From NCBI GenBank assembly GCA_913052075.1, contig CAJXDD010000001.1, forward strand, positions 1-54,555: a stretch of 54,555 nucleotides of DNA, in the 5' to 3' direction. The stretch comes from an uncultured Gammaproteobacteria bacterium (GTDB lineage Bacteria; Pseudomonadota; Gammaproteobacteria; Pseudomonadales; Azotimanducaceae). The notes under the pieces were generated by a model, which ran no database searches, had not been told where the DNA came from, and saw nothing but the letters and a program-made list of their open reading frames with translations. Of the stretch, positions 41,046 to 49,740 are shown in pieces; positions within the stretch are counted from its first letter, which is position 1; each line of letters begins with the position of its first letter. The position numbers were made by a program, and so were the translations under genes.

Positions 41046-41834
41046 TTGAGTCATCTTTTTGACATAGGTGCGAACCTGGCCCATGAATCCTTTGAGGCGG
41101 ATTTGGACGAGGTGATCGACGACGCCGCGGATGCGGGCGTTGCGCGAATCATGATTACTGGTTCCGATATTGCGAGCACCAAGCGTGCGGCAACATTGGC
41201 CGCGCGAAGAAATGGCGTGTGGTCAACCTGTGGTGTGCACCCTCATCATGCCGAGGCCGTCGGCCAGTCCACGATCGATCAACTTTCGGTGCTGGCAAAG
41301 GATGCGAGCGTTCGGGCCTGGGGCGAGATGGGACTCGATTACTTCCGTGACTTCACGCCCCGAGATGTTCAGCGATCCGCTTTCGAAGCTCAGCTGGAAC
41401 TTGCTGCCGAAAGTGATAAACCACTTTTTTTACACGAGCGAGATGCCTTTGATGACTTCTACCCGATTCTGACTCGAGCAAAGGATCGGTTCAGCAAAGT
41501 GGTCGTCCACTGTTTCACAGGGAATGAACAGGCATTGAGGGCTTACGTTGACCTTGACTGTTACATCGGCATCACCGGGTGGGTATGCGACGAGCGACGA
41601 GGCCAACACCTCCTACCACTCCTAGGCCTCATCCCGGATGACCGCTTACTCATTGAAACAGACGCGCCTTATTTGCTACCCCGAAGTCTCAAACCGAAAC
41701 CGAAAAGTCGTCGGTGTGAACCCAAACATTTAGTCGAGGTGTGCCGATTTATGAGTAGCGTTTTAGACATCCCGGCGGAGGCACTTGCCGACCGAACCTA
41801 CACAAACGCCAATCGTTTTTTCGGCCTCAACTAA
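41046..41834 (+). CDS. tatD: TatD-family metal-dependent DNase/hydrolase
   Basis: LFDIGANL N-terminus, GVHPHH, GEMGLDY, FLHERDA, VVHCFTG and ETDAPYLLP blocks. TTG start. Confidence 0.88.
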   Translation: MSHLFDIGANLAHESFEADLDEVIDDAADAGVARIMITGSDIASTKRAATLAARRNGVWSTCGVHPHHAEAVGQSTIDQLSVLAKDASVRAWGEMGLDYFRDFTPRDVQRSAFEAQLELAAESDKPLFLHERDAFDDFYPILTRAKDRFSKVVVHCFTGNEQALRAYVDLDCYIGITGWVCDERRGQHLLPLLGLIPDDRLLIETDAPYLLPRSLKPKPKSRRCEPKHLVEVCRFMSSVLDIPAEALADRTYTNANRFFGLN

Positions 41835-42082
41835 TGCTTACTTTATATAGCACTGAGGGATGTCATTTATGCGAGTTAGCTTTTCATTTGCTGACTCAAG
41901 ACGTGCGCGTTCCGGGAACACAAATCCATGTGGTCGATATCGCTACAGATGACCAACTGATTGATCGATTTGGCGTCTTAATCCCCGTGCTTGAAAACCC
42001 CATCACAGGCGATCAGCTCTTCTGGCCCTTTAGCGCCGAAGACGTTAGCAGATACTTAGAAACGCAGCATTTGTCGGGTTAA
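41834..42082 (+). CDS. Glutaredoxin-like small protein (DUF836 type)
   Basis: LTLYSTEGCHLCELA CxxC motif and IPVL later. Length is 82 aa. Its start overlaps the tatD stop (TAATG). Confidence 0.7.
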   Translation: MLTLYSTEGCHLCELAFHLLTQDVRVPGTQIHVVDIATDDQLIDRFGVLIPVLENPITGDQLFWPFSAEDVSRYLETQHLSG

Positions 42083-42157
42083 TTTCCAGCATTTGTGCTG
42101 CGTTTTTCCCGCTGCTTCCTTTAACATCCTTTTACTCATTTGATCGTAGTGGTTTGC

Positions 42158-42997
42158 ATGTCGCTCACTCTCTTCACCAACCAGCTTCATTTCGCCGAGG
42201 GACCAAGGTGGCACGATGGATCGCTCTGGTGCGCCGATATGCACGGTCAGCGAGTACTTCGCTTTAATCATATGGGCGTAGCAACGAAGATTATCGACGT
42301 CCCTCAGCACCCATCAGGCCTCGGCTGGCTGCCTGATGGTCGCATGCTCGTCGTCTCCATGGACGATCAGCAAATCCTGGTGTTTGATGGTGATACAGTG
42401 CGCACGTGGGCAGATTGTTCGCACCTAACGTCGTCCTTGTGTAACGACATGGTGGTGGATCAACTTGGCCGCGCCTACGTCGGTAACTTTGGATTCGATT
42501 TGCATTCGGGTGAGCCACCCACGCCCACAAACTTAATTCTGATCGACGGAGAAGGCAGCCCGAGAGAGGTTGCCAATGGTCTACGCTTTCCAAATGGCAT
42601 GGTTATAACGCCCGACCAAAAAATGCTGGTCGTGGCTGAATCCTTCGGCGCTCAGCTGACGGCTTTCTCCATTGAAGCAGACGGCTCACTCAGCAACCAG
42701 CGATTGTGGGCCAAGATCCCCGGATCTTCGCCTGACGGAATTTGCCTCGATTTAGATGGTGGTATCTGGGTCGCTTCCCCAGCCACCGGAACTTGCTTCA
42801 GGGTCCAAGAGGGCGGGCAAATCACCGATGAGTTCAGACCGATTGATCCGCCGTACGCGTGCATGCTTGGCGGATCAGAAGGTCGAACGCTCTACATTCT
42901 GACTGCTCCCAGCGGTGTCCCGTCAGTTTGTGCTGAAAACCCGAGAGCCAGTATTGTCTCAGTTGACGTTTCCTTTCCAGGCGCGGGCCTACCATGA
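42158..42997 (+). CDS. SMP-30/gluconolactonase/LRE family protein
   Basis: EGPRWHDG near the N-terminus and repeated beta-propeller blocks (NDMVVD, FPNGMVITPD, PDGICLD). I prefer the ATG at 42158 to the TTG at 42140. Confidence 0.8.
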   Translation: MSLTLFTNQLHFAEGPRWHDGSLWCADMHGQRVLRFNHMGVATKIIDVPQHPSGLGWLPDGRMLVVSMDDQQILVFDGDTVRTWADCSHLTSSLCNDMVVDQLGRAYVGNFGFDLHSGEPPTPTNLILIDGEGSPREVANGLRFPNGMVITPDQKMLVVAESFGAQLTAFSIEADGSLSNQRLWAKIPGSSPDGICLDLDGGIWVASPATGTCFRVQEGGQITDEFRPIDPPYACMLGGSEGRTLYILTAPSGVPSVCAENPRASIVSVDVSFPGAGLP

Positions 42998-43962
42998 ATA
43001 CGAGTGACTCCACGACGCGGGTCGCTATGCTGAGTGGCGGGCCTTCGGCAGAGCGTAGCGTCTCCCGCGTTAGCGCAGACGCGGTTAAAGCTGCGCTGAC
43101 TACCGAAGTCGACCTCGAATTACATGATCTGGAGCTAGATGAAAACGTAGGGCAAGCGCTCTTGACGATCAATCCCGACGTTGTACTACCAATCCTTCAT
43201 GGCCCGCCAGGCGAGGATGGAACCCTCCAAGGAATGCTCGAATTAATGCGTCTGCCGTACGTGGGGTCCGGGGTGGGCGCCAGCGCACTCGCGATGGACA
43301 AACTCGCGTCAAAAGGCGTGTTTGAAGCAGTGGGCTTACCCATTGCCGCTTTTTACTCGATCCATCGCCGGGTAGATGAAACCAATCTATCGAGCAAACT
43401 CGACCAGATCGTTCAATCCCTTGGAGAGCGCTTGGTCATTAAGCCAACCCACCAAGGAAGCGCCCTTGGCGTTACTCGAATCAGCACGGCGGGGGCACTG
43501 TCCTCGGCCGTCCAAGACGCTCTAGTTTACGGCGATACATTACTCATCGAGCAGTGGATAGAGGGAAGAGAGATGACCGTCGGCGTGCTCGATACGAACG
43601 GGACTTGCATGGCATTTCCCGTTATCGAAATTCAAACACCTGAGGCGTCTTGGTACGACTTCAATCATCGATACACAGAGGGCGCGTCAACCCACCTCAT
43701 GCCGGCGCCAATTAGCGACACCCAAACAGCGCAATTGCAAAGCGCAGCGATCAAAGCTCATCAAGCGCTGGGCTGCCGTGATCTATCTCGGACCGACTTT
43801 ATTGTCTCAGAGGATTCCTTTGTCGTGCTCGAAGTCAACACGATGCCTGGTATGACGCCCACGAGTCTTTATCCCGAAGGCGCATTGGGCGCTGGTGTGC
43901 CGTTTACGAGCTTGCTGCGGCGCCTAATTGACGCCGCCTTAAGGCGGCCGCCTATGGACTAA
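42994..43962 (+). CDS. ddl: D-alanine--D-alanine ligase
   Basis: VAMLSGGPSAERSVSRVS start, HGPPGEDGTLQGMLELMRLPYVGSG, and ATP-grasp C-terminal LEVNTMPGMTPTSL. The ATG overlaps the SMP-30 stop (ATGA). Confidence 0.93.
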   Translation: MNTSDSTTRVAMLSGGPSAERSVSRVSADAVKAALTTEVDLELHDLELDENVGQALLTINPDVVLPILHGPPGEDGTLQGMLELMRLPYVGSGVGASALAMDKLASKGVFEAVGLPIAAFYSIHRRVDETNLSSKLDQIVQSLGERLVIKPTHQGSALGVTRISTAGALSSAVQDALVYGDTLLIEQWIEGREMTVGVLDTNGTCMAFPVIEIQTPEASWYDFNHRYTEGASTHLMPAPISDTQTAQLQSAAIKAHQALGCRDLSRTDFIVSEDSFVVLEVNTMPGMTPTSLYPEGALGAGVPFTSLLRRLIDAALRRPPMD

Positions 43963-43977
43963 TCGGCCTAGCTTCGA

Positions 43978-45264
43978 CTAAAGGTCATAACCGCGCTCGT
44001 TGTGTTGGGTGAGATCAAGACCTTCTGTCTCTTCGTCGCTTGACACTCTCAACCCTAGAAGAACGTCAACCAGCTTTAGGAGCACGAAGCTAGCGATCGC
44101 TGCATAAAGGCCAGTAGCTAAGACGCCAACAACCTGCACATAGAGCTGCTCGCCTATGCTTACACCGCCTAGACCTTGACCTGAGAAAACGCCCAATGCG
44201 TCGCTGGCAAAGACAGCCGCGAGCAGCGTGCCTAGCAACCCTCCAATACCGTGGACGGGAAATACATCGAGTGAATCATCAATTTTTAGCTTTTGCTTTA
44301 AGAATACCGTCGCGTTGTAACAAACAAACCCAGCGGAGATACCAATTACTAAAGCACCACCAGGTCCTACAAATCCAGAAGCCGGCGTGATGGTGCCGAG
44401 GCCAGCGACCATTCCGGTCACCGCGCCGAGGGCACTCGGCCGACCGAACTTGCTCCATTCGCAGACCACCCAAGTCAGAGCTCCGGCAGAAGCTGAGATG
44501 TGCGTGACCAGCATCGCCATTCCAGCATCGCCATTGGCCGCGAGCGCACTGCCAGCGTTAAACCCAAACCAACCGACCCACAGTAAGCCTGCGCCAGTGA
44601 TTGTCATGGTCATGTTGTGTGGCGGCATGGGTTGTGATGGAAAGCCCTGTCTTGGACCCATGACGATCGCTGCCACTAGCGCCGCCACACCTGCTGTAAT
44701 GTGCACCACTGTCCCGCCGGCGAAATCGAGCAGGCCCATCTCCCCGAGCCAACCGCCGCCCCATACCCAATGGGTAATCGGCGCGTAAACCACCAAAAGC
44801 CACAGCGCTGAGAAGGTCAACATCGACGAAAACCGCATTCGCTCCGCGAAACCGCCCACGATGAGTGCTGGCGTAATAATCGCGAACGTCATTTGAAACA
44901 TCACGAAAACGGACTCTGGGATATCACCTGACATCGAACCTTCAGTGACTCCGGCAAGTAGGATCTGATCAAATCCCCCAAGCAGTGGACCGCCCTCGGA
45001 GAAAGCCAAGGAATAACCGATGATCACCCACAGCAGCGACACCATGCAGGTGATCGCAAAACATTGCATCAGTACGGACAGAATGTTTTTGACCCGAACC
45101 AGTCCTCCGTAAAAAAGTGAGAGTCCTGGGATGGTCATCATCAGTACAAGCGCGGTTGAGGTTAGAATCCAGGCTGTATTCGCACCGCTTAAGCCATCAT
45201 CTGCCAACGCATTTTGGCTCAATAACAGTCCCAGCAAAGGCAAAACATTTTTCGCAAATTTCAT
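43978..45264 (-). CDS. amt: Ammonium transporter (Amt family)
   Basis: Signal peptide, 11 TM segments, the DFAGGTVVHITAG signature, and twin-His and Phe-gate context (VFPVHGIGGLLG). Confidence 0.95.
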   Translation of the reverse strand: MKFAKNVLPLLGLLLSQNALADDGLSGANTAWILTSTALVLMMTIPGLSLFYGGLVRVKNILSVLMQCFAITCMVSLLWVIIGYSLAFSEGGPLLGGFDQILLAGVTEGSMSGDIPESVFVMFQMTFAIITPALIVGGFAERMRFSSMLTFSALWLLVVYAPITHWVWGGGWLGEMGLLDFAGGTVVHITAGVAALVAAIVMGPRQGFPSQPMPPHNMTMTITGAGLLWVGWFGFNAGSALAANGDAGMAMLVTHISASAGALTWVVCEWSKFGRPSALGAVTGMVAGLGTITPASGFVGPGGALVIGISAGFVCYNATVFLKQKLKIDDSLDVFPVHGIGGLLGTLLAAVFASDALGVFSGQGLGGVSIGEQLYVQVVGVLATGLYAAIASFVLLKLVDVLLGLRVSSDEETEGLDLTQHNERGYDL

Positions 45265-46249
45265 AGCGTTGTCCTAATCATGAATCAGTTTGTGCGAGCG
45301 ACAGGTACAGACTAGATGTTTGATCTCATGTATCCATCCACCGCTTGACCCGCCTAGTCTATCTGCCTGCCGACAAGCATGCCAATGTCCTTTGCGACGA
45401 AGGGCCACCCACCAAATCCATGCACGGATTATCCGTTTAACGAATCATCAATCACCCGGAGAACCTTCCTCGAACATCTAGTTACACAATAACACCTCGT
45501 CCCTGAAAATCAGGTTTCGTGGAAAACACCTTAGTAGGGTTACGGCTTTGACGCGCTCTTCGAGCGAAGCGTGGGTTAAACAGGTAATTTAGGCCTTTCC
45601 AAGACTGAGCATTGCCAAGCATGACGACTTTGATTGGAGGCGACCATCAAACGGTACATCGCTTGACGATGACTAGCGCGGTCTAACCTTTGAGGCGCTT
45701 GAAGTCCCCACGGCAACCTTGAAGATATTCGCAATCAATCATCATCTTACAGTCCTTACTACAGCACCCTCTAATCCCAAAACCAAATGACGACGCCACG
45801 GTGCCAAGCCCGTTTCCGGGCCCAGTAGCTAGGAACTATTGTTAAAATATGGTTGTCAGACAGCGAGTAAGTGGCAAGAAAACCTAGGGCGGCATGCCGA
45901 TAAGGCGATACAATTCGCCGCGTTCACGAACATGACAGCGTGAACACGTAAGGTGTGAATGGTAGATAACAGGAAATGAGAGTAAACCCACATAGGATCG
46001 GATCGCGTGTATAGCGTAATCAAGGCGACTCCATCGTCTCAGCCTTCGAGCGCATTCGGAGTTGACTAAACTGAAATCAGTTCAAATGGCATTCAACCTT
46101 TGCAGGTAAACACTGAACACTAGCGCGCGAGACTGACACGACCCCCCAGCCACCGCCACTACCCAGATGATCACAATCATCTGATCCAAAGAGTGAGTTG
46201 AACCAACCGAGATTAGCGGTGCAGGCAAACCGATGACTAGGAACACGAT

Positions 46250-47221
46250 ATGACCGACGAACTAACCGATATTCAGTCTCTGAGGGACTACCTCCGCGAT
46301 CGCATCATCGGTCAGCATCACCTCGTTGACCGACTATTAATCGCGCTACTGGCTGACGGCCACCTCCTCGTTGAAGGTGCACCGGGACTTGCCAAAACCA
46401 AAGCGATTAAAACGTTGGCTGATGGCATTGAGGGCGAATTCCAGCGGATTCAATTCACCCCTGACCTGCTGCCTTCTGACATAACCGGAACCGACATCTA
46501 TCGAGCGCAATCCGGCGAGTTTCAATTCCAAGCGGGCCCAATTTTCAGCAATTTAGTGCTCGCGGACGAGATCAATCGCGCGCCTGCGAAAGTCCAAAGC
46601 GCACTGCTTGAGGCCATGGCTGAGCGGCAAATCAGCGTAGGCAACGAGACTCGGGCGCTACCTGAGCTATTTCTGGTCATGGCCACTCAAAACCCGATTG
46701 AACAGGAAGGGACTTACCCACTGCCTGAAGCGCAGTTGGACCGTTTTCTACTCCACGTTGTGGTCGACTACCCCGATGCCGACGCTGAGCACCAGATTCT
46801 TCAACTGGTTCGCAATGAGCAGCGAGAGAAATCGACCGGGTCACCGGAGCTTTCGCGTCATATCAGTCAATCTACGCTTTTTGAGGCGAGATCAGCGATG
46901 CTAAAACTGCACATGGAACCGGTTATCGAGCAGTACATGGTCGATCTGGTTGTTATGAGCCGCCAGCCCTCTGATATCGATGATGAACTCGCATCCTGGA
47001 TTAGTTTCGGCGCGTCACCGCGAGGGACGATTGCCCTCGATCTCGCGGCACGTGGGCATGCTTTCCTTGCTGGAAAGGACTTCGTCAGCCCTGACGATGT
47101 CCAAGCCGTTGCCCATGATGTGTTAAGACACCGTTTGATCTTGAGTTTTGAAGCCGAAGCTCAGGGCGTCTCAACCAATCAGGCGGTAAGCAGATTGATC
47201 GAACGGGTAGCAACCATTTAG
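46250..47221 (+). CDS. MoxR-family AAA+ ATPase
   Basis: Walker A GAPGLAKT, Walker B LADEINRA, ATQNPIEQEGTYPLPEAQLDRF, and GASPRG near the C-terminus. Confidence 0.93.
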   Translation: MTDELTDIQSLRDYLRDRIIGQHHLVDRLLIALLADGHLLVEGAPGLAKTKAIKTLADGIEGEFQRIQFTPDLLPSDITGTDIYRAQSGEFQFQAGPIFSNLVLADEINRAPAKVQSALLEAMAERQISVGNETRALPELFLVMATQNPIEQEGTYPLPEAQLDRFLLHVVVDYPDADAEHQILQLVRNEQREKSTGSPELSRHISQSTLFEARSAMLKLHMEPVIEQYMVDLVVMSRQPSDIDDELASWISFGASPRGTIALDLAARGHAFLAGKDFVSPDDVQAVAHDVLRHRLILSFEAEAQGVSTNQAVSRLIERVATI

Positions 47222-47228
47222 TCGTAAG

Positions 47229-48170
47229 ATGCCGGACCTTCAATCATCAACCCAAACGAGCGGCCGTGGCATTCGTGCAACGCTCACCGACTTAATCGGG
47301 CTTCGCTTTGAGGCTTCGAGAATGCCGTTACCGCGCAATATCCGGGCAACCCATCCGATCTCCGGCCAGTTACGGTCGAAGATTCAGGGCCGAGGCGTCG
47401 ATTTCTCAGAGGTTAGGCTGTATCAGCCAGGTGACGATGTTAGAAGTATCGACTGGCGGGTCACTGCTCGAACCAATCAACCTCATACGAAGCTGTTTCA
47501 GGAGGAGAAAGAGCGGCCCGTACTAGTCCTCATCGATCAAGGCGCATCCTTATTTTTCGGCTCCAAGGTACGGTTTAAATCCGTTGCGGCGGCCAGATTA
47601 GGACTGTCGATTGCCTGGTCAGCCCTTGCTGAGGGTGATCGAGTGGGCGGCATCGTATTCAACGGAAAAGGCCATGAGGAGGTTCGACCCAGACGAAGTC
47701 GCACGTCCGTTCTACACCTTGCCAACCGAACGGTGGGCTACAACCACCAATTAGCGAGAGAACAGGAGGCGGACCCTTCTCTGCTCGCAGACGCCCTACT
47801 CGCTGCCTATCGCGTGTCACGTCATGGCAGCTTGGTCTTCATCATCAGCGATTTTCGATCATTGACCGAAGAAGCTGAAACGTATCTCGCACAACTGGGA
47901 CGTTTCAACTTGGTCTATGGCGTCCATGTGTTCGACGAATTGGAGCGCAATCTTCCCAAGCCAGGCCAATACTCGATGACTGACGGTGAGACGTTCATCA
48001 AAGTCGATACGTCAGACAATCAACATCGAGCCGATTACTCCGACGCATTCGCACTCGAATCACGGCGAGTCGAATCTTGCTTTATCCGGTCGGGCGGTGC
48101 ATATCTTGCCCACCCCTGCCATGAGACGCCGTTTACGCTGCGATTCCATGACCATCGCGTGTCTAGCTAG
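47229..48170 (+). CDS. DUF58 domain protein (MoxR partner, VWA-like)
   Basis: The DUF58 hallmark G.GVDFSEVRLYQPGDDVRSIDWRVTAR. It starts 7 nt after moxR. Confidence 0.88.
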   Translation: MPDLQSSTQTSGRGIRATLTDLIGLRFEASRMPLPRNIRATHPISGQLRSKIQGRGVDFSEVRLYQPGDDVRSIDWRVTARTNQPHTKLFQEEKERPVLVLIDQGASLFFGSKVRFKSVAAARLGLSIAWSALAEGDRVGGIVFNGKGHEEVRPRRSRTSVLHLANRTVGYNHQLAREQEADPSLLADALLAAYRVSRHGSLVFIISDFRSLTEEAETYLAQLGRFNLVYGVHVFDELERNLPKPGQYSMTDGETFIKVDTSDNQHRADYSDAFALESRRVESCFIRSGGAYLAHPCHETPFTLRFHDHRVSS

Positions 48171-48182
48171 GCTGATTGAATC

Positions 48183-48707
48183 ATGCAGATGCCCGCTACC
48201 GCCAATCCGCTTGATCAACTAAAGGACATTCATACTCCGGATGCGATTGGCCTTTGGCCACCTGCTATTGGCTGGTATCTCGTCGCAGCTTTTCTAATTG
48301 CGGCGCTGGTTCTCGCCGGCGTGATACTGTGGCGCCGCTGGCAGCAAAATGCTTACCGGCGAGCCGCGCTACGAGAATGCGATGACATTGAGCGGGAGAT
48401 CACCGCTGGATCAGATTCTCGCGCGGCCGCAATTCGCATCGCCACACTACTCAAACGCACCGCGCTCTCTGTATTCCGTCGTGCGGAGGTTGCGTCCTTA
48501 TCCGGGGACGCATGGATCCTGTTTCTCGAGTCAAAAGCGAGCGAGGCACACTTTTCGATTGCCTCAAGCCAACTCCTCATCGAAGCCAGTTTTCGCGAAA
48601 ACCCGCCCGACAACCAGAGCGATGTCGCACGGCTGCTGGATGAAGCTCGGCGGTGGATTCGTAAGCATCAGCGCCCCAACGCAGCCTCTGGAGGCGAGCA
48701 TGCTTGA
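48183..48707 (+). CDS. DUF4381 domain membrane protein
   Basis: LKDIHTPDAIGLWPPAIGWYLVAAFLIAALVLAGVILWRR, then YRRAALREC, matches the DUF4381 pattern found in Bat-type operons. Confidence 0.75.
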   Translation: MQMPATANPLDQLKDIHTPDAIGLWPPAIGWYLVAAFLIAALVLAGVILWRRWQQNAYRRAALRECDDIEREITAGSDSRAAAIRIATLLKRTALSVFRRAEVASLSGDAWILFLESKASEAHFSIASSQLLIEASFRENPPDNQSDVARLLDEARRWIRKHQRPNAASGGEHA

Positions 48708-49740
48708 GTTTGCTTGGCCTTGGTTTGGTTGGCTTGTGGGTTTGCCACTACTTGCGATCCTTGCCCCGCCCGTTCAATCAGAGGAGTTAGCGCTTCGTTT
48801 GCCTCGATTTCAGGATCTTCAGCAAATGAGCGCTCGACGCCGCTCAGCACGCTTTATCTGGTTCAAACGAGTGCTCGCAATGCTCATCTGGGTGTGCCTC
48901 GTCATCGCCGGAATGCAGCCGAGATGGGTGGATGAACCCATTTCACTTCCCAGCAACGGCCGGGATCTTCTGCTCGCCGTAGATATCTCTGGATCGATGG
49001 GTACCGAAGACATGCGGCTTGGTGGCAACGAGGTACCAAGGCTCGATGCAGTGAAAACCGTCGTTGGCGATTTTGTCGAACTTCGCAAAGGGGACCGACT
49101 TGGCTTGATCTTATTCGGCACTCAGGCCTATCTACAGGCACCCCTGACGTTTGACCGATCTACCGTTCGCGCACTGCTTACCGAGACGCCAATCGGTATT
49201 GCTGGGGGCAAAACGGCCATAGGTGATGCGATTGGCCTTGCAGTCAAGCGACTGCTTGATCGGCCCGCGGAACACCGAGTGCTGATCCTACTCACCGATG
49301 GTGTCAATAACGTGGGCGAAGTGAGCCCACTGCAAGCGGCGAAGCTCGCCGCAAAAGAAGGCATCCGAATTTACACCATCGGCTTTGGTGCTGATGAGAT
49401 GCAGGTTTCAGGGTTACTATTTAACCGAACGGTAAATCCTTCTGCCGAACTCGACGAGGAGACACTAGAGGAAATCGCTTCGCTAACCGGCGGGATTTAT
49501 CAACGCGCGCGGTCCACCGCAGAGCTCGCGTCAATTTACGGCGCCCTCGACGAGCTGGAACCCATTGAACTGGATGCGGACGTCTTCCGCCCTGAAAAGT
49601 CGTTGTATTTTTGGCCCTTGGGCGCGGCGCTGGCACTCACGCTAACTTGGACCATCGCGCTAGTGATGACGGCAGGCATCCGGCGACTACGATTCCGTAA
49701 CACGCTGCTTGGTCGACCACGCGAGGTGCGAAATGCCTGA
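48700..49740 (+). CDS. batA: VWA domain membrane protein, BatA-like
   Basis: N-terminal TM segments, VWA MIDAS motif DISGSM, a later LLTDGVNN block, and a C-terminal TM helix. The ATG at 48700 overlaps the DUF4381 stop (ATGCTTGA). The ORF-track start at 48349 is an out-of-frame read-through of the upstream gene. Confidence 0.88.
   Translation: MLEFAWPWFGWLVGLPLLAILAPPVQSEELALRLPRFQDLQQMSARRRSARFIWFKRVLAMLIWVCLVIAGMQPRWVDEPISLPSNGRDLLLAVDISGSMGTEDMRLGGNEVPRLDAVKTVVGDFVELRKGDRLGLILFGTQAYLQAPLTFDRSTVRALLTETPIGIAGGKTAIGDAIGLAVKRLLDRPAEHRVLILLTDGVNNVGEVSPLQAAKLAAKEGIRIYTIGFGADEMQVSGLLFNRTVNPSAELDEETLEEIASLTGGIYQRARSTAELASIYGALDELEPIELDADVFRPEKSLYFWPLGAALALTLTWTIALVMTAGIRRLRFRNTLLGRPREVRNA

Noticed and set aside
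45369-45384. Sigma54-like TGGCATGCTTGTCGGC on the minus strand about 105 nt upstream of amt.
   Set aside because: The -24 half is good, but the -12 element is wrong: the GG-N10-GC spacing is off by one, and TCGGC replaces TTGCW. I cannot support a call.
45381-45425. Possible glnK pseudogene remnant upstream of amt. The minus-strand frame reads ..VHGFGGWPFVAKDIG.., vaguely like GlnK VKGFGRQKGH.
   Set aside because: The similarity is limited to GFG. Flanking residues do not align with PII proteins, and a stop codon lies 2 codons upstream. Most likely chance.
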